DNA of 64,000 nt from Phyllobates terribilis (lineage: Eukaryota). The notes beneath the pieces were generated by a model. It saw nothing but the letters and a program-made list of their open reading frames with translations, ran no database searches and was not told the DNA's origin. The position numbers and the translations under genes are program-made. Position 1 is the stretch's first letter. Each line of letters begins with the position of its first letter. The stretch spans positions 56,606,001 to 56,670,000 of the forward strand of contig NW_027362768.1 in NCBI RefSeq assembly GCF_046119375.1. The letters are read 5' to 3'. Below, piece by piece: positions 48,871-60,804 of the stretch.

Positions 48871-50259
48871 GTTAGATGCAGAAAAAAATTATATTCAATT
48901 TGCAACCTGATGGAGGTCAGTATAGATGGACTAATAGAACAAGTCCCACACACTGCTACAAGGCCAAATATTTTTTCAGAGCTAGATGCAGAAAAAAATT
49001 ATATTCAGTTTGCAACCTGATGGAGGTCTGTATAGATGGATTAATAGAACAAGTCCCACACACAGCTAGAAGCCCAAATATTTTTTCAGAGGTAGATGCA
49101 GATAAAAATTATTTTTAATTTGCAACCTGATGGAGGTCAGTATAGATGGACTAATAGAGAAAGTCCCACACACTGCTAGAAGGCCAAATATTTTTTCAGA
49201 GCTAGATGCAGATAAAAATTATATTCAATTTGCAACCTGATGGAGGTCAGTATAGATGGACTAATAGAACAAGTCCCACACACAGCTAGAAGCCCAAATA
49301 TTTTTTCAGAGGTACTGTAGATGCAGATAAAAATTATTTTTAATTTGCAACCTGATGGAGGTCAGTATAGATGGACTAATAGAGAAAGTCCCACACACAG
49401 CTAGAAGCCCAAATATTTTTTCAGAGGTACTGTAGATGCAGATAAAAATTATTTTTAATTTGCAACCTGATGGAGGTCAGTATAGATGGACTAATAGAGA
49501 AAGTCCCACACACTGCTAGAAGGCCAAATATTTTTTCAGAGCTAGGTGCAGAAAAAAATTATATTCAGTTTGCAACCTGATGGAGGTCAGTATAGATGGA
49601 CTAATAGAGAAAGTCCCACACACTGCTAGAAGGCCACATATTTTTTCAGAGGTAGATGCAGAAAAAAATATATTCAGTTTGCAACCTGATGGAGGTCTGT
49701 ATAGATGGACTAATACAACAAGTCCCACACACAGCTAGAAGCCCAATATTTTTTCAGAGGTAGATGCAGAAAAAAATATATTCAGTTTGCAACCTGATGG
49801 AGGTCTGTATAGATGGATTAATAGAACAAGTCCCACACACAGCTAGAAGCCCAATATTTTTTCAGAGGTAGATGCAGAAAAAAATATATTCAGTTTGCAA
49901 CCTGATGGAGGTCAGTATAGATGGACTAATACAACAAGTCCCACACACAGCTAGAAGCCCAATATTTTTTCAGAGGTAGATGCAGAAAAAAATATATTCA
50001 GTTTGCAACCTGATGGAGGTCTGTATAGATGGATTAATAGAACAAGTCCAACACACAGCTAGAAGCCCAATATTTTTTCAGAGGTAGATGCAGAAAAAAA
50101 TATATTCAGTTTGCAACCTGATGGAGGTCAGTATAGATGGACTAATACAACAAGTCCCACACACAGCTAGAAGCCCAATATTTTTTCAGAGCTAGATGCA
50201 GAAAAAAATTATATTCAATTTGCAACCTGATGGAGGTCAGTATAGATGGACTAATAGAA
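48871..50259. repeat. 108-115-bp tandem repeat, about 12.6 copies, upstream of the hAT transposase start codon
   Basis: GATGCAG unit starts at 48875, 48985, 49095, 49205, 49320, 49435, 49545, 49655, 49763, 49871, 49979, 50087 and 50195. Confidence 0.93.
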
Positions 50260-51601
50260 TGATGCTATGCCCAAAAGATTTTACTTCACTAGGTGCAGTA
50301 AAAAAATTGGTATTCTATACACAGGTGGTATATCTTGCAACACAGATAGGCTACTCCACTGACTAACACACTCTGCAATAGGCCAAAAAGGATTAGCTTT
50401 GCTAGATTCAGCCAAATGCTGTGAAAAAAACTTGCACAGCACTGGCACAGACCTGCCTGGCAAAAACTGATAGGAACTGATGTAACCTAGTCCTGAAAAG
50501 GACTCCAATTACAATTAGTCTTTACTCCCACAATCTATCTATTTAAGAGCACAGACCTGCCTGATAAAAGTCGTAGGAAATGCTGTAACCTAGTCCTTAA
50601 AAGGACTGCAATCACAACTATTCCCTACTCCCAAGCTATCTGTAGATTTGTGCGAAAATTGGCTTGAAATTAACAAGGTATAGCGCACACAGCAACAGCG
50701 GTGCCGTCTAACACGCAGCTGCAGCAGTGAGAAAATGGTGGCGACGGGGAAAATGGCTTGGTCTTATAGGGCAAAGACATGTGACATACACTGCCAATGA
50801 CACATGCCCTTGCTTGTGTGAAAAAAAGCACTTCGCTCCGTGTGTGCGCTGCTGATAGGCTGACAGATTGCACCTCCCCACTGTAAATGCGGGAAAGAGA
50901 AAAAAAAAATGGAGATCTTCATTGTTCCTGCAGAGATCCATCCCCTGCCCCTCCCCCCACCCCGCTGTACACTCAAACTGCGTATTAACATTAATTTTCA
51001 TCATTACTGAGAAAAAATCCAGTTATGATTTTGGTGCACGAACAGTTATCGAACATAACCTCGAACAGCCGAATTTTTCTCAAATTGTTCGTGTTCGCCG
51101 AACGGCTCGAACACCGCCCAAAACAGCTCGAATTTGAGATTGGCGAACAGTTCGAGTAGAATAACGCTCATCTCTAATTATAGGGTCGTACTTCTTTTGT
51201 CCGATGATTTATTTACTAATATAGTTAGATATTCCTGGAATAGTTTATATATTTGGATCATCTGGTTAATAATTTTGTTCAGTTGTATTAAGTTCTATAA
51301 GCAATAATATTTAACGATAAAGTATTATTTTACCCAGAAAATCCTGTGTATTCATTGTATTATTCTTAAATCTTCATAGCGGCATCTTACATACCAGGAT
51401 ATGGAAATTTAACAGTAGGTGCTGCATTTCCCACCCTAGGCTTATACTCAAGTCAATAAATTTTCCCTTTTTTTGTTGAAAAATTATGGGTCTGGGTTTA
51501 TACTCGGGTCACCGCGCACAGGCAGCATGTGATCCCGGGCTGCAGCTGGCTCTTGCTTCCGCTTATGTCACGACTATTTGTGGCGGCAGCCAAGGGGTCT
51601 C

Positions 51602-51776
51602 CTGTTTTGCGTTCCACAGTGAGTGATGGGCAGTGGGCGGGGTTATCCCCCATCCCGTCACACCCGGCATTCACCGCACGCACATTCATTGACAGAGCGC
51701 GCGGTGGATGCTGGCTGTGACTCGATGGGGGATAAGCCTGCCCACATCCCATCACTCACTGTGGAACGCAAAACAG
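51602..51776. repeat. Palindromic MITE-like element
   Basis: 29-bp perfect inverted repeat at 51602-51630 and 51748-51776. Confidence 0.7.
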
Positions 51777-52441
51777 CCTGATGTTTACCGTCTGTAAATA
51801 ATTATGGATTCGTTGTAATATGCTAGATCTCTCTGCTTCTGAAAATGTCCTGCCCAAATCTCTCTTTGATGCATAGGGTTGCAAAGCTCATTAATTCTCT
51901 AAGCAATAGACCCTGATTACATAGATTTATTTGATTTCTTAATGACATTACACATTCTTGAATACAGTGCAATATGCAGGGTCACTCTGTCACATTGGAA
52001 AAAATAAAAATACAATTAAAACTTCAGCTATTCTAAATGATGACATTTAGGTCTGGGCATGAAAGCCACTCATGAAAAGGTTAATATATTTTTCTTATTT
52101 TGTAATACGATTTAGAGTAATTACATAATGCAATGCAGCAACACAGACAAGCAGTCGGCTTTTCTACAGATTGTACATAAACTGAAGTAATGGAGACAGA
52201 GTGAGAGCCTCTGTTGCAATGTTCTGGTTCATTCAAAGCACCAATATTGGCTAAAAAGTATTGGGGCTGAGGTGTTAATTTCCTTAGTTTATACATAGTG
52301 TGCAGCATAGGCAATGGTTCTTCCTTACTGCTGTATTTTTCACAATGCAAAAAACTGCCATTGTTATTTGTTATGAAAAATAATGGACAATGGAAGATTG
52401 GATTGGCTGAGAACAGGAGTGCAGCCAAGGAACAAACTGTA

Positions 52442-53271
52442 TGTGACATGCAGAAGTAGCTCTGTTGCTTCAAAAGCATCCAGCAACTATTAGAAGTAAC
52501 ACTAGCACAGGAGACAGGAAGTGTTGTGCTCCAGAAGCATCCAGCAACTAGAGGGGTTAACACAGTCACAGGAGACAGGGAGTGTTTTAGCAGAGCCCCA
52601 GGGGGATTGTGGGGAAGTTGTTTACTGTCTGGCTAGAGACGAAGAGAAAGGTGGTGTATGATCTGCATCTCACAGAAGGCAAGGGAACAGAATTCAAGTC
52701 AAGAGGGAAGTTAAGCAAAGGTCACGTAGACTCCCTGACCTAACAGTGCAGAATATTATCTGGCAGAAAGATAAGGACTGGATGGAATCGTATCATATGG
52801 ATTTTCTCCCTCATCAACCCCCCCCCCCTCCATTTCCATGCAGGATAAAGAATGCTGTGTACTAGTGTGTCCTTGTGAAGGAAAAGCCTGTGGTTGTGTA
52901 TGCAGAGAAGTGTGCAGCCGAGAGATCTAATCTATGCTGAATTATGCTACTGAAGAGACTGTAATACTGTGCCTTGTGAAGAAACTACTTTATTGTTACT
53001 GGAGCCGGTTGCTCAAGAAACTCAGACTGTACTGTAATGAAGATTGTTGCTGCAATATCCCTGAACTGCACTGACCGTGCTTCAGATTAAATTCCACTGT
53101 TAAACTGTTGAAAAAGACTCTTGTCAGATGAGTCTGGTCAGCAATTGACTCTATCATGTGCCTAAGAGAAGCTGCAGCCTATGGTTGCCCTGAGTAACGG
53201 TTCCCCCAGGATTCCAAAGAATTCATGAAACCTGTCTCTCCCTATCTGAACCTAGCGGCGTGCGTGTAACA
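52442..53271 (+). mobile_element. Solo LTR related to the LTR at 14240-14910
   Basis: TGTGACA...TGTAACA termini; shared blocks (CAGCCCCAGGGGGATTGTGG, CAAAGAATTCATG); imperfect 4-bp TSD TGTA/TATA. Confidence 0.8.
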
Positions 53272-53327
53272 TATAGATGAAAGTATTCTCATCAGTAAAG
53301 TTCTCAGTGATGTTTATACATAATGTT

Positions 53328-55971
53328 TAGTGATGAGCGAGCACTAAAATGCTCGGGTGCTCGAAGCTCGGGTCGAGCACATTGGAATACTCGGGTGCTC
53401 GACCCGAGCAACGATCCCAATGTAAGTCTATGGGAAGCTTGAGCATTTTTCTGGTGGCCCCCCCGGTGGTCTGCAGACGGTCAAAAATTGCCAAAATCGA
53501 AGGGAACGGTGCTCAATTAAACATCAGGCAGGCAGAATATATAGGCAGACAGGCAGGCAGGGTATATAGGAGGGTGCATGAAAAGCATAGCAGGGCACTT
53601 GGAACGCACTAGTGCCCTCCGATTTTCATGCACCCGTCTCTTTAAAAAAGCCGGCCGGCAATTCATCAGCGGCATACTCCGGTACCCGACAATTTAGAAC
53701 AGAAAGAATAGAGCATCACACATAGATTACATAGATAGAAACATGTCAGTTACATATATAAGAAGTACAGTGACAGTGTTGTTTGCTGTACTTGTTATTT
53801 AGTGTTAAAATAAAGGATTTATTAAAAAAAATAATAGTGTTTTTGTCTCTTTAAAAAAGCCGGCCGGCAATTCATCAGCAGCATACACCGGTACCAGACA
53901 ATTTAAGACAGAAAGAATAGAGCATCACACATAGATTAGATAGATAGAAACATGTCAGTCACATATATAATAAGTACAGTGATAGTATTGATTACTGTAC
54001 TTGTCATTTAGTGTTAAAATAAAGGATTTATTAAAAAAAAAAATTAGCGTGAGGTTCCCCGTAATTTTAGTCTCTAGCGGAGGTTAAGCAGATGGCTGGG
54101 GCAGATGTTTGAAGTCTGGGAAGGGGGTAATACCCACGGAGCTTCCCAGGCTACTAATATCAGCCCCCAGCTGAATACCTAGCCTTTACCAGCTATTAAA
54201 ATGGGGGACACCCCCAAAAAATGACGTGGGGTCCGACCTATTTTAATAGCTAGCAAAGGCTAGGCAGACTGCTGGGGGCTGATATTAATAGCCCAGGAAG
54301 GGTGCCATGAATATTGGCCCCCTTCCAGGCTAGAAACACCAGCCGTCAGCCGCCCCAGAAATGGCGCATCCATCCATGTTCAATGAACTCAGCTCATCTC
54401 ATGCACATCACTGACAGCGTGGGAGAATTCTCCTGCGCTCAGCGCTTGAGCAGGAGAATTCTCCCACGCTCGGATGGCATTGAGATGACAGGCTGGAACG
54501 CAGCTGAGCGCTGCCATCCAGCATGCCATCCTTCATAGACACTGCAGAGCGCAGGCATGCTTGCATGCTGCGGATTCCAGCCGCCAGCTGCCTAATTGTA
54601 CCTGGCTGGAAACAAAAATAGGGCGAAGCCCCACGTCAATTTTTTTTTATTTCATGAATTTCATGAAATAATTAAAAAAAAATTGAGGTGTGGCTTCGCC
54701 CTATTTTTGTGTCCAGACAGGTACAGCAGGCAGGAACGGGCTGCCCCCAACCACCAGCTGCCTATTTGTACCTGGCCGGACACAACAATATAGGGAAGCC
54801 CTTTTTTTTTTTTTTATTTCATGAATTTCAATTAAAGGACTTTTTTCTGGGTGTTGTGTTTTTTTTTAACTTTGACTATGGGGTTAGTAATGGGGGTATC
54901 TTATAGACGCCTCTCCATTACTAACCTGGGCTTGATGTCAGATGGCATTATAAGCTGACATCAACCCCAACCCTATTACCCCACTGCCACCGCTACAGGG
55001 CAGTGGGAAGAGCGAGGCTAAGTGCCAGAATTGCCGCATCCTATGGATGCGCCATTTCTGGGGCGGCTGACGGCTGGTGTTTCTAGCCTGGGAGGGGGCC
55101 AATATTCATGGCACCCTTCCTGGGCTATAAATATCAGCCCCCAGCTGTCTGCCTAGCCTTTGTTAGCTATTAAAATAGGGGGGACCCCACATCATTTTTT
55201 TGGGGGGTCCCCCATTTTAATAGCTGGTAAAGGCTAGGTATTCAGCTGGGGGCTGATATTAGTAGCCTTGGAAGCTCCATGGGTATTATCCCCTTCCCAG
55301 GCTTCAAACATCTGCCCCAGCCATCTGCTTAACCTCCGCTAGAGACTAAAATTACGGGGAACCCCACGCCAATTTTTTTTTAATAAATTCTTTAATTTAA
55401 CACTAATGACAAGTACAGTAATCAACACTATCACTGTACTTATTATATATGTGACTGACATGTTTCTATCTATATTATCTATGTGTGATGCTCTATTCTT
55501 TCTGTTCTAAATTGCCGGGTACCGATGTATGCCGCTGATGAATTGCCAGCCGGCTTTTTTAAAGAGACTGGTGCATGAAAACACTATTATTTTTTTTTTA
55601 ATAAATCCTTTATTTTAACACTAAATAACAAGTACAGTAACCAACACTGTCACTGTACTTCATATATATGTGACTGACATTTTTCTATCTATCTAATCTA
55701 TGTGTGATGCTCTATTCTTTCTGTTATAATTTGTCGGGTACCGGTGTATGCCGCTGATGAATTGCCGGCTTTTCATGTTTTACTGTGAGCACTGTTCCCA
55801 TCGATTTGGGCAATCACTGTAATACCACAACCACCATGGCTGTGGCATTACAGTGAGTGGCAGACAATCCCTGCATGATTGGTGCTCTAAATAGCGCCAA
55901 ACATGCAGGACGGGGACCCGAGCTCCACTGGGCGAGTACCGAGCAGTGGCGAGCATGCGCGCTCATCACTA
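53328..55971. mobile_element. Non-autonomous hAT element with long internal inverted arms
   Basis: TIRs TAGTGATGAGCG / CGCTCATCACTA; 8-bp TSD ATAATGTT at 53320-53327 and 55972-55979; arms about 53630-54370 versus 55040-55770. Confidence 0.92.
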
Positions 55972-56115
55972 ATAATGTTCCTTTATAACAAATCACTTCA
56001 GTATGCAAATCTCTCCTTTAATGGTCAATACTTGGGTTTCCTCATTTATATAACTATGTCATCGTTAAACCTTAGCAAAAATGTTAATGAAAATCTTAGT
56101 AAACATGGATAAACT

Positions 56116-56345
56116 GGCAGCACGGTGGCTCAGTGGTTAGCCCTGTAGACTTACAGCTCTGAAGTCCTGGTTTCAAATCCCACAAAGGACAAAATATGTA
56201 AGGAGCTTGTGGGTTTCTTCCAGGTTCTCCAGTTTCCTCTCACACCCCAAAGGCATACTGATAGGGAATGTAGATTGCGCGCTCAATGGGGACAGCGACA
56301 ATGATGTTTGTAAAGTGCTATGGAAGTGAGTAAAATAAATAAATC
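56116..56345 (+). mobile_element. tRNA-derived SINE (V-SINE-like)
   Basis: A box TGGCTCAGTGG, B box GGTTTCAAATCC, V-domain-like GGGTTTCTTCCAGGTTCTCCAGTTTCCT, (AAAT)n tail. Confidence 0.8.
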
Positions 56346-56591
56346 ACAAAGTTCCAGCTGATTTTAATTCCTACAAGGTATACAAAGCATTTAAAAGTGG
56401 GGGGGTTTATGAAATAAATTAGTACTGGTTAATTTTTCTATGGGACTCTCTCAAAAAACTAAAAAAAAAAAAAAAAAACGATAACTCTTTTTTGTATTTT
56501 CTAATTCTATGTCCTTTCTCTGTAGAAATAGTGATTTTTTTATGATTTATTGTTGTACATCTTTTTTTCCTTTTGTTTTTTATAATTGCAG

Positions 56592-56705
56592 ATATTAATG
56601 AGTGCCTGGAGGTAAATCCTTGTCATCAGCGTTGCTTCAATAGCATTGGAAGCTATCACTGTGGCTGTGATCCAGGCTTCTATTTAAAAGGCAGAAGATG
56701 TTTTG
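56592..56705 (+). CDS. hmcn1: Hemicentin-1 exon, cbEGF domain
   Basis: AG/GT, 114 bp, phase 1-1; DINECLEVNPCHQRCFNSIGSYHCGCDPGFYLKGRRCF. Confidence 0.92.
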
Positions 56706-57197
56706 GTAAGTCTGTATGGATCACATACTGCATACATAATAAATGTCAATGCATTGTCAGACCTACTGTCTGCAAACATGCAAGCACAGGCAGTGGTTTT
56801 GTCTGTAAGTGTGGAGCAAAGCACACTCGCACGCTTGTATTGGATGAGTAGATACAGATGTCTTTGCTATGAAAGGCAATGTGAATCTCATGGTTACGGG
56901 GTGATGTTTGCAGACTTCTACTTTCAGCCAAATCATTCATCTCTTAGACATTATGGGAAAATGAACTGTTGTACTCAGGACACGCAGAAACATTTAGTCT
57001 CAATTGCATAAGCCTGCAGCTGTTGTATACTCCAATAATCTTAGGCTATGTTAACACTGAGTTTTTTGGAGGAGTTCAAATTCCATCATTTTTGGGGAGT
57101 TTTGTGACTAGCTTTTCTTGTTGTGGGTCAGCACAGGGCTTATGCTGTTTGAGGGGTTTAAGGACAATGTTCACTCATGTATTTTATGTCCCTGCAG

Positions 57198-57323
57198 ACC
57201 TGAATGAATGTCGTCAGAATGTCTGCAGGCCAGACCAACTGTGTAAAAACACACGTGGAAGTTACAAGTGCATTGATTTATGTCCCAGTGGATTTACAAA
57301 AACAGAAAATGGTTCATGTGTTG
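57198..57323 (+). CDS. hmcn1: Hemicentin-1 exon, cbEGF domain
   Basis: AG/GT, 126 bp; DLNECRQNVCRPDQLCKNTRGSYKCIDLCPSGFTKTENGSCV, close to human NECRQNVCRPDQHCKNTRG. Confidence 0.94.
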
Positions 57324-58425
57324 GTAAGATGTGTACATCCTTGTTTTTCTTTCTTTTTTTTCCAAAATGATTGATCCTAGCGTATATTTAAAAATATCGA
57401 GTTAAAGAGTAATAAAGGTAAATCTATCATAATCATGCAGTTCTCTGAATGCTGAGCTCTTTATAATCCTAACCACACCACTGATTGGCAGCCTTCTAGG
57501 GGATGTGGTTTGACTATTTGGCAGCAGGTTTACAAGGCCTCTGGTGATAATCCCTTGCTGATAAAACAATGACTTTAGAAATACTATTGTAAGCAGATCA
57601 GTAAGTGACACATTGCTGGAATCAGGGTCTCTGCCCCTACATTGTGCTGCTCTCCGATTAGATGTCAAAAACCTGGTGACAGATTCCCTTTAATTTTGGT
57701 GTCCCCACTCACTAAATGTGCACAAATTTAAATAGCCAGTTAGAAGTACTGAGAAAGAAACCCAAAAAATCTATGCATGTGGAAGATGTTATCTTGAGAG
57801 CCATCACAGAGTTTCTTATAACCTACACACAATTTAATTAATTTAATAAAGATTATACTATAAACTCTCTTGCACAATCCTTATTCGAAGGATAGAAAAA
57901 GTCCCCAGTAAATATAATCCTATGGATGTTTCCTGTCCAGAATTTCATTGGCCAACCAGGCTACCAGAATATTTACCCATATTCGAACACAAAAATAGTC
58001 CCAAAGGTTCAAGAGGTTCAGAAGATGACAATAATTTTTGGAGGTGTTTCCAATCACTTATCACTAGAATCTATTTCTTATGGGTTGATTCACAGTCTAT
58101 TAGACCTTAATGATAGGTTCTGTGTGTGTGCAATGATAATGATTACAATACAATAAAAAGTGCATATGGACATGTTCTATATAAATAGAGCTCAGGCCCT
58201 CAGAATTATTTCATCTGCTTGGCCCAAGTAATCGCAGCTCTAAAGGACACTTGTCAAGTGGTTAAAAAACTATTTTTCCTTAGCTTTTTCAAATTTCCAG
58301 ACTTGGAGATCTCTCTAGCTACTCCTATTACTTGTTAAAATGGTTCTTTTGAAAGTGGGTACACATGAGTGATTGGGATCAGGGAGCAAGTATAGAGTCT
58401 ATTTATTTATTTTTACTCTCTTATA

Positions 58426-59310
58426 CAGTACAGACCAAAAGTTTGGACACACCTTCTCATTTAAAGATTTTTCTGTATTTTCATGACTATGAAAATTGTA
58501 CATTCACACTGAAGGCATCAAAACTATGAATTAACATATGTGGAATTATATACTTAAGAAAAAAGTGTGAAACAACTGAAAATATGTCTTATATTCTAGG
58601 TTCTTCAAAGTAGCCACCTTTTTCTTTGATGACTGCTTTGCACACTCTTGGCATTCTCTTGATGAGCTTCAAGAGGTAGTCACCGGAAATGGTTTCCACT
58701 TCACAGGCGTGCCCTGTCAGGTTTAATAACTGGGATTTCTAGCCTTATAAATGGGGTTGGGACCATCAATTGTGTTGTGCAGAAGTCTGGTGGATACAGC
58801 TGATAGTCCTACTGAAAAGACTGTTAGAATTTGTATTATGGCAAGAAAAAAGCAGCTAAGTAAAGAAAAACGAGTGGCCATCATTACTTTAAGAAATGAA
58901 GGTCAGTCAGTCACTTTGAAAGTGTCCCCAAGTGCAGTTGCAAAAACCATCAAGCGCTACAAAGAAACTGGCTCACATGAGGACCGCCCCAGAAAAGGAA
59001 GACCAAGAGTCACCTCTGCTTCTGAGGATAAGTTTATCCGAGTCACCAGCCTCAGAAATCGCAGGTTAACAGCAGCTCAGATTAGAGACCAGGTCAATGC
59101 CACACAGAGTTCTAGCAGCAGACACATCTCTACAACAACTGTTAAGAGGAGACTTTGTGCAGCCCGCCTTCATGGTAAAATAGCTGCTAGGAAACCACTG
59201 CTAAGGACAGGCAACAAGCAGAAGAGACTTGTTTGGGCTAAAGAACACAAGGAATGGACATTAGACCAGTGGAAATCTGTGCTTTGGTCTGATGAGTCCA
59301 AATTTGAGAT
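58426..59310 (+). mobile_element. Tc1 element, 5' half
   Basis: TA|CAGTACAGACCAAAAGTTTGG; transposase N-terminus as far as WSDESKFE. Confidence 0.9.
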
Positions 59311-59314
59311 TTGT

Positions 59315-59565
59315 TTCGTAAATCAATAGTTCACATAAAAATAAGCAACTTTGTAATATATCTTATCAGAGAAATCTGCTTCCTTGTCTGACAGACAGAT
59401 AATATCTCAGTAATGGGAAAGTCTGTCTGTCTTCACTGAATACAGATTTTACCTCAGAATTGAGAATTGTGATGATAACTCACCAATTCTGTCAAATAAG
59501 CAGATTTATCTAAGATATATTACAAAGTTGCTTATTTTCATGTAAACTGTTGGTTTATGAAAATA
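59315..59565. repeat. Small inverted-repeat MITE
   Basis: AAAATAAGCAACTTTGTAATATATCTTA / TAAGATATATTACAAAGTTGCTTATTTT arms. Confidence 0.65.
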
Positions 59566-60278
59566 AAAATTAAAATGATGGTTACTCAGTTTATGCTCCA
59601 AAAACGCCTTGAAAAACTTTGTGCACATAGCCTAAAAAACACTTAAAAGACGTTGTTTCCATTTCTATTGTAAAACCACTTTGCTCTTAATATGTTCAGT
59701 GTTTTGAGTGTTTTTTCATTCTTCAGGTTTTTAAAAACAACTGGTTTAAAAAAAATGTACATTTCAATTTTTTGAAGTGGCTCTTGAAAAAATCCACTCC
59801 ACACTTAGCACTGTGGCATCAGAAGGCTGAATAAATGCTTTAGGAAAAAAAACCTATTCAAAATTGCTTCAGGAAACAAAAACGTCTACAAAAACTCCCC
59901 AAAAGACCGATTCCTGAAGGGTTCTCCGCTTAAAAACTCATTGTTTTTGATCACCTTAAAAAAAACTCGGTGAGCACACAGCCTAACTCCTCGCTCTTCA
60001 CAACTGCAGTCAGCACACAAGTATATTACTAAGTGTTACACAGAATTTATTCCAGGTTTTCATTGCGTCCTAACAGCATATTGCTAAAAATGCATTGGCC
60101 AGGTGTTTGCTTCTAGTCAATAAGAAGTTTTTTTCTCATGGATTTATACCAGATTTGCAAGGAAAAATAACTCTGAGGACTGGTACAGGTGCAGGTCTGT
60201 GTGCATGGCTTTGCCATAAACACATGAAATACTAACATTTATGGTTGTATATATAAATCCTTTGTTCTTTTGTTATAG

Positions 60279-60407
60279 ATATTAATGAGTGCCGAGAGAC
60301 TGCACATCGGTGTAAAAATAACCAAATATGCGAAAACACACAAGGTAGTTATGTCTGTGTTTGTCCACAAGGGTTCAGGTCTGAAGGTCTCGGGAAATCT
60401 TGTGTAG
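60279..60407 (+). CDS. hmcn1: Hemicentin-1 exon, cbEGF domain
   Basis: AG/GT, 129 bp; DINECRETAHRCKNNQICENTQGSYVCVCPQGFRSEGLGKSCV. Confidence 0.92.
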   Translation: MLMSAERLHIGVKITKYAKTHKVVMSVFVHKGSGLKVSGNLV

Positions 60408-60496
60408 GTAGGTCACATCCAAACTGTATTCCATGTTTACATTATAATATTGTTATAATCTAATAATCATCTCACTAATTTGTTTATTCTACACAG

Positions 60497-60616
60497 ATAT
60501 TAATGAATGTGACAATCAAGATGTATGCCAACATGAATGTAGAAATGTTTTTGGAAGTTACCAGTGTGCCTGCCCACCTGGTTATCAACTCATGGCCAAT
60601 GGAAAGTCATGCCAAG
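60497..60616 (+). CDS. hmcn1: Hemicentin-1 exon, cbEGF domain
   Basis: AG/GT, 120 bp; [40 protein letters not shown]. Confidence 0.92.
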
Positions 60617-60804
60617 GTATGACCAGGCAGTGTTCAGAGGTGTAACAATCGCGGTCTTAAGGGCTACCACCGCGATCTTCCCAATAGGGGTCGGGAGCCC
60701 GGACTGAAGTGGTAGGCTACTCCTAGAAGAGAGACTGTTCTCCCCTGCACTTACATGACAAGCAGACAGCTCTTAGCCCTGTAGCAGCCTTGGGATGTAT
60801 TCCA

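Larger units (their letters stand above)
40515..51176 (-). mobile_element. 10.66-kb autonomous-type hAT DNA transposon with internal cargo
   Basis: 8-bp TSD ATTATAGG at 40507-40514 and 51177-51184; TIRs TAGTGTTGAGC / GCTCATCTCTA; GTTCG/CGAAC subterminal repeats at both ends; intact transposase. Confidence 0.95.

Noticed and set aside
48871-50259. Possible CRISPR array
   Set aside because: Whole units are near-identical; this is a minisatellite.
51185-51450. Helitron 3' terminus (hairpin + CTRR)
   Set aside because: The sequence is AT-rich and plausibly Helitron 3' flank, but no convincing terminal hairpin or CTAG was found.
56116-56190. tRNA gene
   Set aside because: A and B boxes are present but there is no proper cloverleaf, and it continues into a SINE body and tail.
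56573-57370. ORF-track proteins 56573-56851 and 56969-57370 as standalone genes
   Set aside because: These are hmcn1 exons read through into intron sequence; the splice sites define the true coding parts.
56592-60616. Fibulin, fibrillin or HMCN2 identity for the EGF exons
   Set aside because: The order and sequence (PCHQRCFN, RQNVCRPDQ, NQICENT, CQHEC) match HMCN1 as recalled.
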